Origin: Eledone cirrhosa | Lineage: Eukaryota | Direction: 5' to 3' | Assembly: GCA_964016885.1 (NCBI GenBank) | Contig: OZ024751.1 | Coordinates: 48,546,001-48,610,000 of the forward strand | DNA length: 64,000 nucleotides | Part shown: positions 42,880 through 60,076 of the stretch, in pieces | How positions within the stretch are numbered: position 1 is the first letter of the stretch | Layout: each line of letters starts with the position of its first letter | The notes under the pieces: model-generated | What the model saw: the letters and a program-made list of their open reading frames with translations, nothing else | Database searches by the model: none | Told to the model about the DNA's origin: nothing | Position numbers and translations under genes: made by a program

Positions 42880-43061
42880 GCCATCGCAATCATCACCATC
42901 ACCATCACCATCACCATCGCCATCACCATCGTCGTCGTCGTCATCATCATCACCATCACCACCATCACCATCACCATCGCCATCGTCGTCGTCGTCGTCA
43001 TCATCATCATCATCCCCATCATCATCATCATCATCATCATCATCACCATCATCATCATCCC

Positions 43062-43093
<32 letters not shown>

Positions 43094-43098
43094 CCATC

Positions 43099-43144
<46 letters not shown>

Positions 43145-43159
43145 CCATCATCATCGTCG

Positions 43160-43199
<40 letters not shown>

Positions 43200-43258
43200 T
43201 ATCATCATTATAACCGTCATCATCATCATCATCATCATCATTATAATTATCATCATCA
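42880..43258. repeat. (CAT)n-rich trinucleotide repeat
   Basis: Directly visible. Confidence 0.97.
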
Positions 43259-43385
43259 TATTCTCGATCCCCCCCCCCCCACCTCTTCTATATAATCAAT
43301 AACACACAGCAACAACAACAACACTAATAATACCAACGAGAATATTATTGTCTTTATTAATGTGTTTATTTATTATTATTTGGAC

Positions 43386-43567
43386 CGGCAGAATCGGTAG
43401 AGCGTCGGACACCCTGCTTCGCAGCATAGAGTTACGTTCCTTTATGTTCTGAGTTCAAATCTCGCCGAGGTTAACTTTGCCTGTCGTCCTTACGGGGTCA
43501 ATAAAATAAAGTACCAGTAATACACTGAGATAATTGCTGGCCTTGTGCCAAAAGTAGAAACAGTTAT
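43386..43567 (+). mobile_element. SINE S1 copy
   Basis: Full head, body and tail. Confidence 0.9.
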
Positions 43568-43903
43568 TTATAACATAAATAATTTCTGGATATGGTTGAT
43601 TGGTCGAGCTAGAGAAATAAAACCATCCGTCTGTTCTGTGTTCGAATCTTGTCAAGATCAATCAATAATTGTTTCTACTTTTGGCACAAGGCCAGCAATG
43701 TAACTTATCCCAGTAAAGTTCATTCTTTCCAGAACGACTACAGCAGTTTATTTATCCACCCCTTTCGCATGCCTTTTGTGGTATGTGGTCCAAGATGTCT
43801 ATATTGCCAGCTTGTGTCTTTTTATCTTTTTTTCTTTATTTTTCTCTTTTTCATTTGTAATATGATTTATACAATGTGAAATGATATGCAATAAATTAGA
43901 AAA

Positions 43904-43976
<73 letters not shown>

Positions 43977-44018
43977 AATATATATATGTATATAAATATA
44001 TATATGTATATAAATATA

Positions 44019-44086
<68 letters not shown>

Positions 44087-44117
44087 AAAGAATAGAGGTG
44101 TAACACACAAGTTATTA

Positions 44118-45210
<1,093 letters not shown>

Positions 45211-45370
45211 TATATAATTTATTGAATAACATTTCAAATTGTATAAATCATATTACAAATATATATATATAGCAAATTGGGTGTGGTAAAATACCAAGTA
45301 GACCATAACCCACCAGAGTACTCGATACTTAGGGTAGTAGAGTTGGTAATATATATATACATGTACATAT

Positions 45371-45893
45371 GGTGGCTGCCAACTCGTTTTCGAGTACGGC
45401 CACTACTTTATATCCATGTAGGAGAACCCCTACTGATGCGCTGAACGAGTGTGACTTTTTAGTCCAGCCAGCGACTTGAAAACTCTGGTACAAAGACTAC
45501 ACTTGTGACAATTATTGACACATAGTGTTGGGCCCATGGTACCATGTGACGACAAGTGCAGAGAGATCTCCAGATATAAAGCAATGCCTGTGCCGTGAAG
45601 CTTTTATAGTGAGCAAAGGCACTGCACAAAGCCAGTCCCACTCTCTTAACCAAGATGATATTTACCAAAAAGAAGAACAAGTCAACATCATTGGATACCA
45701 TCAGGGTTGCAGGTGTTATATCAGAGTTTTCCTTCTCCTAGAATTCTGCCTTGACAAAGGCTAAGGGGTCATCTCTCCCGGTGATTTTGGATGGCCATTG
45801 ACTCTTAAGAGCTCCTTTGCCCTTTGACAGGTTTTGTTTTTAGTCCTGCAGGATGTCCAAAGTCACCCTCCTCACCAAGAAACCTTGGTGGGG
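45371..45893 (-). mobile_element. Complete 523-bp bipartite non-autonomous RTE element with a 12-bp TSD
   Basis: TSD ACATGTACATAT at 45359-45370 and 45894-45905. An RTE 5'-UTR-like motif CTAGGAGAAGGAAAACTCTGA (recalled) is fused to the C-terminal zinc-finger remnant and 3' UTR. Confidence 0.8.
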
Positions 45894-45971
45894 ACATGTA
45901 CATATAGACTTACACAAACACACATATACAAACACAGACGCACACACACATACACACCTATATATATTATA

Positions 45972-46051
<80 letters not shown>

Positions 46052-46408
46052 GCATATCTAACGAATACACAGAGACATACCACTATATATAACAATGTAG
46101 CAGTTACCTTCCCTTAATTCATTACTCACATGATCATCACAACATTAAACTAATGATCATAGGTGTCGCTGTTTATATCCGACAGGCATACAAACAGATT
46201 TTACTACACACACACATACACACACACTCACATACACAAGCACACAAACACACACACATTCCTACACCCGTAATCATACACACATACACACTGAAAAAGT
46301 CGATAGTCTGATGCTATCTCTCTCACTTTCATTTATTCACACACACACACTCTCATACATCTATATATATATATATAATTACATATATACATACGCATAT
46401 ACATTATG

Positions 46409-46440
<32 letters not shown>

Positions 46441-46485
46441 CATATATATATATATTTACTTATATATATGCGCATATACATTATG

Positions 46486-46516
<31 letters not shown>

Positions 46517-46599
46517 TTGCATATATACATACGTATATACATTATGTATATATATTATATATTTACATATACATATGTACATATATAATATATATACCA

Positions 46600-46636
<37 letters not shown>

Positions 46637-46676
46637 ATATATATAATAAATATACATATATATTTGTACATAAATT

Positions 46677-46708
<32 letters not shown>

Positions 46709-47413
46709 TCTATATATATATATAATATATATAATAAATACACATATATATTTGTGTGTGTGTTTGTGCATGTGCGCCTGTATGCACCCGTTCCAACAAC
46801 ACACACATTTCATATGTATCTTTCTATATAATTAAATGTGCAACAACACACCACCAACACCTATCATATCACCAACACACAACTCCAAAAGAACTCTTTG
46901 CTCAGTTTTTTTCTCTAAAGTATATTAACTTAAAACTGTTGAAAGAAACTTTACCTTTACAAGACTTTATCATTCTTCGTGTTAGAGAAGTTTTTCCTGC
47001 CTTTAAATACTTCCATCCAACATGATTGACACCTGAATGCGAGCAAAGTGCTTCCATAACCAAAAACTTCCAACGACGCTTTTCTTTGAAAATGTCTCAT
47101 GATGTTATGTATGTTTGTATGCATGTATGTTAGTAGTTTTGTCTGTGTCTATGTATATATGTGTGTATGTATGTGTGTGTATGTGTGTATGTGTGTGTAT
47201 GTGTGTGTATGTGTGTGTATGTGTATAGGTATGTGTGTGTATGCATGTATGCGTGTGTGTGTGTGTATGTATGTATATGTGTGTTTGTATATGTGTGTGT
47301 ATTATATATGTATTTGTGTATGTGCGTTCGAATAGGTGTTTGCATGTATGTGTGTTTGTTCATGGATGTATGTATGTATGCATGTATGTGTATGCAATGA
47401 ATGTATGTACGTA

Positions 47414-47459
<46 letters not shown>

Positions 47460-47801
47460 TATATATATATATAAAATTCTACACTGCCGTACAATACCTT
47501 TCAGCATCATATATTGTATGAATGAAAATATTAATAACTGCATTAATAACATATAACAATAATAGTATAATAATAGTAATAATAATGATACTAATGTTAT
47601 GGTATTTTCTATTTTGTTCATATTTCACCACTGTATATTTTTTTCTATTTTCAGTTTCAAAAACATGTTTCGAGTTATCTGCCCTTTGTAATATGTTGTT
47701 CAGTTTTGATTTTGATGGTTTATTATTTTGTTTAAGATTTATTTAGTTTACGTAGTTAATCATCTTGATGGAGATTGTCTATTCATCATCACCCTCCTCC
47801 T

Positions 47802-47944
47802 CCTTCTTCTTCTTCTTCTTCTTCTTCTTCTTCTTCTTCTTCTTCTTCTTCTTCTTCTTCTTCTTCTTCTTCTTCTTCTTCTTCTTCTTCTTCTTCTTCT
47901 TCTTCTTCTTCTTCTTCTTCTTCTTCTTCTTCTTCTTCTTCTTC
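47802..47944. repeat. Pure (TTC)n repeat
   Basis: Directly visible. Confidence 0.98.
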
Positions 47945-48005
47945 CAGCGTCACATCTATTACTATATTGATAGTATCTGCAACACGGTAGCATCACCTGT
48001 ACCGC

Positions 48006-48036
<31 letters not shown>

Positions 48037-48137
48037 GTTTACATATATATATATGTATAAAGTCATAGATATATCTGTGTTTTGCAACAGGTCACTTTGT
48101 GGCTCAATGAAGAATTAATAAATTAAATAATCAGAGC

Positions 48138-48498
48138 TATATATCATAAAACATGTCTATAGAATCACCAGATAAAATATATACCGTTTCCTCTCCCAAT
48201 TAGCATAATTAACCATATAAAAAATCGATTAGACCAAGCTATAAGAATAAAAGCTCCTATGAAGAAATCTCCGACAAATAACAGAAAGCAGCCCTTCGCG
48301 GCGGTTGTGACGGAGTATTTATCGAGTATTTCGACAGCGTGTATAAATCGACCAGATATACAGTCAACTAAACAGAATTAGGTGTAAAATAAAGTAGCTT
48401 GATCTAATTGATTTTTTATATGGTTAATTATGCTAATTGGGAGAGGAAGCGGTATATATTTTATCTGGTGATTCTATAGACATGTTTTATGATATATA
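48138..48498. mobile_element. MITE-like or fold-back element with ~105-bp inverted arms
   Basis: 48138-48241 mirrors 48396-48498 around a unique ~155-bp core, with TA at the ends. Confidence 0.75.
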
Positions 48499-48517
48499 TA
48501 TATATATATATATATAA

Positions 48518-48802
48518 AACAAAGGAGTTGTGGCAAGGAGCCAGATGGACCATAACGCACCAGAGTACTCAATACTTAGGGTAGTAGAGTGGGTAATAGG
48601 AAAATGCATGACTCCGGGGGGGGGGGGGGGGGGTCATACATTTACCTATATATCTATATATTTAGGGAAATGTTCAGGACCCCGGCGGCTTGAGCTCTGC
48701 CGTTGAGGCCCTGGACATTTTCCTATTACCCACTCTACTACCCAAGGATCGAGTACTCTGGTGCGTTATGGTCCACCTTGTTCCTTACCACACTTCCTTC
48801 GT
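48518..48802. mobile_element. Two family E fragments in opposite orientation
   Basis: 48518-48650 (minus) and 48665-48802 (plus). The latter folds back at the stem III hairpin CGGCTTGAGCTCTGCCG. Confidence 0.8.
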
Positions 48803-48851
48803 TATATATATATATATTTATCTGTATTGAGTATATATAGATATATATTGA

Positions 48852-48911
<60 letters not shown>

Positions 48912-48944
48912 ACGTGGTTGTCGGCTAAGAGAAGAAAGTACTTA

Positions 48945-49016
<72 letters not shown>

Positions 49017-50127
49017 ATCCCGAATATCCCTTTAAGATGCAAAAATCACAATACATATTTCTATGGTTGGTTGGCTAACATCAATTGATCATATTATAAT
49101 TGTACTATAATATCCAGAATCTTGCAAAATTTATTTCATAACTAATCATCGCATCCACCATATGGACCCTTAATTTATGTTGGAGCCCATCACTCTCTCT
49201 AGTGCTGAAACATAGTGAGGAATTCAGTAAGATGAAGAATCTAGCACAGTATTGAACTGGTGCTATATTCATCGGCCTGGAAAGTATTAAAGGTAAATTC
49301 GACCACGGTAGTATTTGAACTGTGAACGCAAGGCGAGCGGACCGAATGTCGCGAATCATTCGATCCGTCGTTCTACAACTCTGCTAATTCGCTGGTAATT
49401 AGTAGCCCCAAATATACAATCATACAGGACAGACATGGATACGTTGCAATTTTAGAAGATCGAAAACTTTTACGGAGCGAATCAGAGAAAGTGAAATTTA
49501 TCTGAAATGCTATGATGCACGTGTTTCTCCAAAACAAAGCGAATTTTTTTGTTTAAGTTTTAATTTTTAAATTTTAATTTCAATAATGTGTGGAAATTCC
49601 TAGTTTCATATCCTGATTAGGATCTATTTGAATAAAATATAGAATAAAAATTTAATATGCTTTCTTTAGATCTTTAAACCTCTCATTGATACGCTTCCAA
49701 ATTAGTTTTACAAAAGTACATATGTGTGTGTGTGTATATTTACACACACATATATGTATATATATGTAAATATATGTAAACACACACACACTGAGAGTGT
49801 TAGTTTCATGATCGTAAGGCCATCGGTACGTTTTTCGACTTACGATCATATATATTCAGAAACACGTCGTGGTTTGCACTTTGAGCATATAGCAAGGCCA
49901 TGGTGGCAAACAGCAACAGCCACAGCACATGATATGCCGAATATCTCAGTATTGCCTTTTACCAAACAATTAGAATGCTTCAAAGAATCCCAAGCAGTAC
50001 TTACTTCTACTAAAGTATAGTCGTTGTTTATAACCATCCATGACGTGTTAGCATGTAATATTCTTTCACAAGGGTATTAGGTTCCTGTGTAGTCGAAATC
50101 CGACGCTGACTTCCACTCGGCCTAATC

Positions 50128-50445
50128 AAAAATATAGAAGCCTGCTCATTGCCCATTGCCTAGCAAGTACTCCGTCCTACTCAGGTGTTCAGGTGTTCTG
50201 ATATTGCGACATTGTTTCATGTTCTATGATACACCAACATGAAATATAGGTAGGGATAAAACAAAAGTATAAACAAAAACTAAAATATATAGAAGCCGCC
50301 TGCTCATTGCCCATTGCCTAGCAAGTACTCCGTGGTATTAAGGTATTCTGATATTCTGACATTGTTTCACGTTCTATGACACACCAACCTGAAAGATAGG
50401 TAGGGGGGAAAAACAAAAGTATAAACAAAAACTAAAAAGATACAG
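50128..50445. repeat. Tandem duplication of about 160 bp
   Basis: GCCTGCTCATTGCCCATTGCCTAGCAAGTACTCCGT at 50140 and 50298. Confidence 0.9.
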
Positions 50446-50996
50446 AAAAAATAACTGAGCAGTCCAGAGAAGAGCAAGATTTCATTTTCTTTTTAACATC
50501 CTTTGGGGGAGAATTTTCTAACAGACAATCATACATAGATACATGCATACATAAAGACAGACAGACATAGGTCTATTAAGAGAAGTATATCAATTTACTA
50601 AATCTGACACCAAGTCTACATCCACACTTCCCTTCATATTCTCATCTTATCTTTTGTCTCTCTACATCCCAGCATCATCTGGTTCATAATTAATAGATCT
50701 GTAAATAGTATAGGCAAAAATCCGTCAAATACAGTATCGCAATGTCTTAACATATTCAGTCAGTTTACTTAAGGGCTTTTCTTACTAGCAAAGAATCTAT
50801 TTTGAATGTCAGTTCTATAATATAAACGTCAGATTCCTATTGATAGTAAAATGGAAAAAATTTGAAAGGTTTTAATTTCTTTTCAACATGTTCTATTTTC
50901 ATTTATCTTTTAATATTAATATTATCATCACCATTATTTTAACACTATTATCATGATCATCACCATCATCATCATCATCATAATCATAACTATTGT

Positions 50997-51033
<37 letters not shown>

Positions 51034-51064
51034 GCTACTACTGCTGCTGCTACTGCTGCTGCTG

Positions 51065-51114
<50 letters not shown>

Positions 51115-51219
51115 GCTGCTGCCACAACAATAAAATCACAAGTGTACATAGGATTATATTATGAAATCCATTAGAAATAATTGGCATGCTGTAAATACAT
51201 TCTTAACTTCGCAGAGAGA

Positions 51220-51290
<71 letters not shown>

Positions 51291-51869
51291 GATATATATA
51301 TATATATGTGTGAGTGTGTGTGTGTGTGCGCGTATATATATGTATAGATATATGGATATATACGTTAAATTGTGTGCTAAGAAGTCGAAGTGTACGATAC
51401 ATCTACATCTGTATATATACATTGAGGTAACCAAGATTGCGTAAATATGTATATATATATAACTGTTTCTACTTTAGGCACAAGGCCAGCAAATACCAGT
51501 GCATTACTGGTACTTTATTTTATCGACCCCGTAAGATATAACATAGAGTTAACCAAGATAGCTTAAATGTGTATATATATCATAGAGGTACCCAGGGTTG
51601 TATAAATGTGTATATAAATTTACACATTTTATAGTATATGACCAGATAAACATACACAATATACATGTTACCTTGTATATATACAACACAGAGGTGTGTA
51701 TATGAATTTACACGTTCTGTAGTATATAAACATTCTCTGTCTGTAGATGAAATGATAAGTATATAAATTGTAGTATTACGTTAAATCGGACCGAGGAAAC
51801 AATGTTTCCGTTGGACTTTCCAATTGCTGATGTCATCTATCGGTCGCAACTCTAGGTAGAAGGAGTGAC

Positions 51870-51975
51870 GTGAAATAAAGTGTCTTGCTCATGGACATAA
51901 CGCATTATCCGGTCCGGGAATCGAACTCACAACCTCACGATTGCAAATCTAATTCTCTAACCACTCAGCTACTCG
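51870..51975 (-). mobile_element. SINE S2 copy
   Basis: GAAATAAAGTGTCTTGCTC.TGGACA...GGGAATCGAACTC (reverse B-box)...CTCTAACCACT. Confidence 0.75.
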
Positions 51976-52071
51976 CCAACAGTAAATTGTAGTATATAAG
52001 ATGTATAACCATGCCAAATACACCTATTTCTCAGTGAAATCAAAAAGGGAAGGCATTATTACGGTAGATTG

Positions 52072-52402
52072 GGCGGTGGATTGGCAGTATCGGTGGAGGG
52101 TCGGACGCCATGCTTTCCAGCATAGTTACGTCCCCTCACAATCTGAGTTCAAATCCCGCCGAGGTTGACTTTGCCTTTCATCCTTACAGGGTCGATAAAA
52201 TAAAGTACCAGTAATGCACTGGGTAATTGCTGGCCTTGTGCCTAAAGTAGAAACAATTATTACGGTGGATTGGTAGTATCGGTGGAGAGCGTCAGACACC
52301 ATGCTTTGCAGCATAGTTATGGCCCTTTACGTTGTGAGTTCAAATCCCACTGGGTAATGCACTGGGTAATTGCTGGCCTTGTGCCAAATGTAGAATCGAT
52401 TA
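52072..52402 (+). mobile_element. Two tandem SINE S1 copies, the second internally deleted
   Basis: Heads at 52072 and 52262. Confidence 0.9.
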
Positions 52403-52705
52403 TTACATCACAATAATATAAAAGACCACTCAGGCACTGGAGACTATTGAATCAACCTTCCCCCCCCCAACATTGCTGGCCTTGTGTCTATGTAAGAAAC
52501 CATTATTACATCAGTATTTATCATAATGTAAATCTTTATATAGACATTTACAAACCCAGCCACACACACATGCACATACGAACAAATATATGATACACTC
52601 GGGGTTCGTAGACCGGAAAACCAAAGATCAGGGTGACAGCAGTACTAAAACCTCTTTATAACTCTCTCTCTATCGCTCCCTCTCTCTATCTCTCTCTCTT
52701 TGATT

Positions 52706-52792
<87 letters not shown>

Positions 52793-52903
52793 ATAATAAT
52801 AAATTTGAAGACTAAAATCCAAAGATTATATATGAAGAAATAGCTATGATGGCCGGAAGATGACTGATGATGGATAGTCCTGGATTCTTGCTCTATTTTT
52901 TAA

Positions 52904-52952
<49 letters not shown>

Positions 52953-53002
52953 ATATATATATATATGAATGTGTCTCTGTATACACATATATACATTCAT
53001 AC

Positions 53003-53038
<36 letters not shown>

Positions 53039-53076
53039 GCATATATATGAATGTGTCAGTGTATACACATATACAA

Positions 53077-53120
<44 letters not shown>

Positions 53121-53124
<4 letters not shown>

Positions 53125-53222
53125 TAAAATGGAACGGGAACAAAACAGAGAGGCAGTACAAACAAAGGTTTATTAGTTTCACGCTCTTGAGAGTGAATGG
53201 AGGGTGGAAACGACGTTTCGGG
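53121..53222 (-). mobile_element. Solo 3' end of the 26899-28750 PLE family, truncated in HHR stem II
   Basis: Minus strand begins CCCGAAACGTCG and continues as in 28649-28750. Confidence 0.85.
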
Positions 53223-53238
53223 TATATATATATATATC

Positions 53239-53295
<57 letters not shown>

Positions 53296-53351
53296 GTACA
53301 TACATATATACATATATATATACATATATATATATACATATATATATATAC

Positions 53352-53422
<71 letters not shown>

Positions 53423-53443
53423 TATATACATACATATATAAAC

Positions 53444-53585
<142 letters not shown>

Positions 53586-53915
53586 AAGGCAGATACACTT
53601 TTGTACTATTGTATTATTGTATTATTCTATACTAAGTTTATCTGAGACTATGAATTGGCAGAATCTGTAAGTCAGAATCTGTAATAATTGTATAAAATAA
53701 TATGAAAACATGAAATGAAAGTGGAGAGATCAGTGTCAGTGTAATTTAAATATCATTTTCCTACTACGGTGTAAATATTTCCGTTTCAAATACTACCTCA
53801 GATCAAATCACATGCCAAACAGCATCTCAATTACACTCATTTGCAATAATTGTACTTTATATGTATATATATATGCATGTATATATATGTATGTATATGT
53901 ATGTTTGTTTGAATG

Positions 53916-53954
<39 letters not shown>

Positions 53955-53971
53955 CTGTATATGTGTATATA

Positions 53972-54012
<41 letters not shown>

Positions 54013-54049
54013 TTATATGTATATATATATATATGTATATGTATATATG

Positions 54050-54104
<55 letters not shown>

Positions 54105-54304
54105 TTATATGTATATATATATATGTATATGTATATATGTATATATATATATGTATATATATATATGTACATAATATCTGTATGTATATACATACATACA
54201 AACATGTGTATATATGTATGTGTATATGTGTATATATATATGCACACGAATATATATTCATAGAACATGTAGTCATGAATATTTATAGAAATAACAAAGA
54301 TTAA

Positions 54305-54371
<67 letters not shown>

Positions 54372-54523
54372 ATATATATATGTATGTATGCATGTATATA
54401 TATATATGTATATATATGTATGTATATATATATTTATATATATATGCATACTTATAAGAGATAAAAAAGACTTTATTTTATCTTTACTATATTTCCCTCT
54501 CTCTCCACACACTCACACTCACA

Positions 54524-54596
<73 letters not shown>

Positions 54597-55242
54597 ATAT
54601 ATATCTATCTAGAGACTTATACATCTGTGTGTATATCAATATAAAATATGCATATATACACTGAGATATAGTGACACATAGATGCATACATGCAAACAAT
54701 CATACACCCATACATACATACATAGAAACATGTATAAATACACACATACACACATACATATATAAATACATACATAACTAGACACACACACAGATACATA
54801 TGCACATACGTACATACATATATAGAAACAAATATACATACAGACTGGCGACGGAAAATTTTATTCTGCTTTCAACATGTCTATTAATTTTAAATAACAG
54901 TAGTTTTGTTTTGTTTATCATTTCGTTTCTCTCTATATATAATATTTCCCCTGAAATTCTCTCCGTCATTGATTGATATACGAAAATTTTGTGGAAACAA
55001 TATATGAAAATTTAAATTAGAATTGCGTATTGTTATCTGTTTTCTATGTTTTTTTGGTGTTGTTTGTGTTGTTTGTAGTTTTGATAACTAACATCATACT
55101 GGAGCCTGCGTTCATTACACTGTTATTAAGGAAGTATTTACAATTACAAAGAAGGCTGCTGTATGATTTCTGGCTGAAATTTAATGACAGATTCGGACAG
55201 AACACTAGTAAGAGATTTTATATATATACATATATATGTATA

Positions 55243-55278
<36 letters not shown>

Positions 55279-55292
55279 CATACATACATACA

Positions 55293-55469
<177 letters not shown>

Positions 55470-55474
55470 ATATT

Positions 55475-55684
<210 letters not shown>

Positions 55685-55787
55685 TATGTATACGTATATA
55701 TAAGTATATGCATATATAAGTATACGTATATATAAATATATGTAAAAATATGTATAGGTATATATATCTATATGACTATATATGTAT

Positions 55788-55825
<38 letters not shown>

Positions 55826-56453
55826 GTGTGTATGTGTGTGTGTGTGTAGGATTGTGTGTATGTGTATTTGTGTATGAGTGTATGTGATTTTACTTTTACA
55901 CGAGTACTTATGTTGGGTTGTAAATGGAAGACGTAGGAAAAGCTTTCTGATGATTTCATGATTGAATGAAAGTGAACTAGCGGTGTTAAAATAAAGTACT
56001 ATTTCGTCGGTGAAAGCTTAGCAATCCCTTTATCATTGTAACTGAAATGCTATAAGAGTTTCATGATATTCTGATTTATGATATGTCAAGTAGAAACCGG
56101 CAAAGGCATGGACATTGTAGGAGAATTAGGAACACAGAGAAACTCAATATGTTGTGTTGGAGACATTACAACAGCGCTCAAATCACTGCAATTATCACTG
56201 AGTATGAAATTAATTGTATCCTTTAGAAATAGGCTTTGATGATAATTTTAGCTATAAATACATCGCATAATACAGAAATAATTCTTCTCTGTATAAGGAT
56301 TAGTATAAAGCTCCTTAATATAGCAGTCGACTATATAAAACGAATCAAAAACACCTCCAGACCAATAATTTCTGTAGATGATTGAAAATATTGAGATATA
56401 CAAATAATATACATCCTATATATATTTCGAATTATATTATCATATATATATAC

Positions 56454-56485
<32 letters not shown>

Positions 56486-56487
<2 letters not shown>

Positions 56488-56872
56488 CCATATTTATTCT
56501 GTTATATATATTTCAAGGGTACCAAAATTTTGGTACGCTATCATCAGATAAAATACGAAGTATGTTTTATGAATTTTGACATAACCAAGGAGAATATACC
56601 TTAACTGTTCAAGTTATTCTTGGATAACTTGAACCGTCGGTTATGTCAAAGTTTATCCAAGGATAACTTGTTATCAAAACTTGTTATCAAAAGTTATCCA
56701 AGAAAAACTTGAACCGTTAAGGTATATTCTCCTTGGTTATGTCAAAATTTATAAAACACACTTCGTATTTTATCTGATGATAGCGTACCAAAATTTTGGT
56801 ACCCTTGAAGTATATATAATAGAATAAATATGGTTTTATAAATAAAGTTTCCATTTATTTAATATCATTGTA
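56486..56872. mobile_element. Family A fold-back element with HHRs at 56496-56554 (-) and 56767-56825 (+)
   Basis: ATTTTAT-CTGATGA-[..GTACCAA aatt TTGGTAC..]-GAA(A/G)-TATATA-TA-A(C/T)AGAAT. The centre (56625-56700) is a scramble of short repeated pieces. Confidence 0.85.
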
Positions 56873-56875
56873 TAT

Positions 56876-57175
<300 letters not shown>

Positions 57176-57199
57176 TATATATATATATATATATACATG

Positions 57200-57354
<155 letters not shown>

Positions 57355-57660
57355 CTCTGTGTTTGGGGGAGCGTGTATTCAATTCATATATACATCAAGC
57401 TATTATCTACAGATTATGGGTGCGCATGTATTTTATATCTTTGATTGATTGCAATATATATATCTATGTTTACTTAACTCTCCAGCAAGTTTTTTCTTCA
57501 TTGACGTGAATACACAATTTTGAAAAATACAAAAGATAACAACAAAAAACAACAATATTGACAATAAATCAAAATATTGTTTAAGAAATCATTATTAAAA
57601 TAATAAATAAAGAAATGAAGAAATCATTATTAATATTTTTTGCTGTTGCTGCTATTGTTG

Positions 57661-57692
<32 letters not shown>

Positions 57693-57744
57693 GTTGTTGT
57701 TGTTGTTTATGATGTTGTTGTTGCTATTATTGTAGTTGTAGAGG

Positions 57745-57838
57745 CTCGGACGCCATGCTTTGATGCCGTACCAGTAATACACAGTACCAGTAATACACTG
57801 GTCTAATTGCTGGCCTTGTCTCAAAAGTAGAAATAATT
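57745..57838 (+). mobile_element. Deleted SINE S1 copy
   Basis: TCGGACGCCATGCTTT...GTACCAGTAATACACTGG...GGCCTTGT..CAAAAGTAGAAA. Confidence 0.7.
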
Positions 57839-57854
57839 ATTAGTACTGTCATTA

Positions 57855-58058
57855 TTGTTGTTGTTGGTGTTGTTGTTGTTGTAGTAGTTGTTGTTGTTAT
57901 TGTTGCTGTTGTTGTTGCTGTTGTTGTTGTTGCTGTTGCTGTTGTGGTGTTGCTATTGCTGTTGTTGTTATTGTTGTTGTTGGTGTTGCTGTTGTTGTTG
58001 TTGCTGTTGCTGTTATTGTTGTTGTTGTTGCTGATGTTGTTGTTGTTGTTGCTGTTGG

Positions 58059-58114
<56 letters not shown>
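57855..58114. repeat. (GTT/GCT)n repeat
   Basis: Directly visible. Confidence 0.97.
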
Positions 58115-58115
<1 letters not shown>

Positions 58116-58373
58116 ATGTATTCTTTTCATCTGCCGCACCGCACCCTGTAAATAATTCACCTCCAAATTAGACACCTATTAAATTCTACATAGAAACACT
58201 ATTGAAATATGTTCAACATAAATAGAGAGGAATTTTTCAAGATGAGTTCCTAATTGCCAATATTCAGGAGACGATGTGTATTTATAATCATTATACAATA
58301 GACAATAATCTAGCTTTTATCCTTTCTTCTTGCCATTGTGTAGAGATTTGAAAATATATATATACATATAAGT

Positions 58374-58425
<52 letters not shown>

Positions 58426-58452
58426 CGTTTCTGAATTTGTTTAGCAAGATTC

Positions 58453-58505
<53 letters not shown>

Positions 58506-58531
58506 CGTTTCTGAATTTGTTTAGCAAGATT

Positions 58532-58608
<77 letters not shown>

Positions 58609-59053
58609 TACATATATGTATATTTATATATATAAAGTATTTGTATCTACATATGTGCATATGTATATGTATGTATGTATAAATATATATGTTCATGTAT
58701 ATATATCTATCTCTCTCTCTCTATATATATATCTAAATATATATATAGATATGTATATACATAAAAACATAAATGTATACTAATCTATATATAAATACAT
58801 ATCTATATAGGTGAGTCTACCCGTATTTATGCATCTATGCGCGCACACACACAGACCCCCCCCCACCATATATATATATTTAGGCGTGTTTATGTTCACC
58901 TATATTGTATCCCTTATTTCATATTCTCTATTTATTGCACGATATTCTATAACTGCATTTTTATATATCTTCTCACTCTCTCTTCCATATTCTGCATTTG
59001 TTTATGTGGCTATATATATATACTTTATATACACTGACGTACATACATATGTA

Positions 59054-59119
<66 letters not shown>

Positions 59120-59671
59120 GCGTGTGTGTGTGTTTGTGTGTGAATGTGTGTGCATATTTTATATAAACAAATATTTAAACACGCAGAAACGCGTGTCCAT
59201 ATATACATATGTTCATATATTTAAGTATATGCGTATAGTATCTATAATTTAACATACACTAGAACGCGCATACACACATTCACATACATACAGAGATACA
59301 CACACAGAAACTAACACATACATACACACCCTTACATACACACCCTTACATGTATATATGTATACATATATCAATGCAATTTCATTGTTTTCATTTTATG
59401 AAACTGGTTTCAACAGAATTAGGAAATGTTTTCATATATTCTTTTGATTTTATCTTTAAATTACAAAATATTCTAAATCTATCGCGTAGACCCTGTCACA
59501 TGCACACACATGCGTACACACTCACACCCTCTCCTTCTCTATATCCCTCTGTCTCTCCCTCTCTCTCTCTTTCTCTCTCCCTCTCTCTCTCTTTCTCTCT
59601 CTCACACACACACATACATATGTATATGTATATAATATATATATATAAATATATATATTTACACTTCCTTC

Positions 59672-59707
<36 letters not shown>

Positions 59708-59716
59708 ATATATATA

Positions 59717-60076
59717 TTAGAAAGTGAGGTTTTTTTTTACAAAATGAAAAATAACCGAGGTGTCCTACACGAGTGAAAGTATAAAGAAAAAGAGATGAAA
59801 TCGAAAATGCAACTGGAGTCTTATTTAAAAAAAAAAATATATATATTTATTTGGTTCCTTTACCGGTTTCGCAGTTCTTCTGCTTTTCAAAAGGTGAGTT
59901 GAGATGGAGGGTCTGTGGTTTTTCTCAGATGTGAGAAAAACCACAGACCCTCCATCTCAACTCTACTTTTGAAAAGCAGAAGAACTGCGAAACCGGTAAA
60001 GGAACAAAATAAATATACATATTTAAAAAAAAAATAAGACTCCAGTTGCATTTTCGATTTCATCTCTTTTTCTTTA
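59717..60076. mobile_element. Fold-back solo pLTR of the Neptune-like PLE with U3:A8 HHRs at 59858-59893 (-) and 59966-60001 (+)
   Basis: Matches 39578-39795. Centre TTCTCAGATGTGAGAA near 59929. Confidence 0.88.

Noticed and set aside
50029-50121. Possible minus-strand terminal exon (PSGSQRRISTTQEPNTLVKEYYMLTRHGWL*)
   Set aside because: The acceptor is plausible, but it sits at the edge of a tandem duplication and has no recognisable homology. RNA data would be needed.
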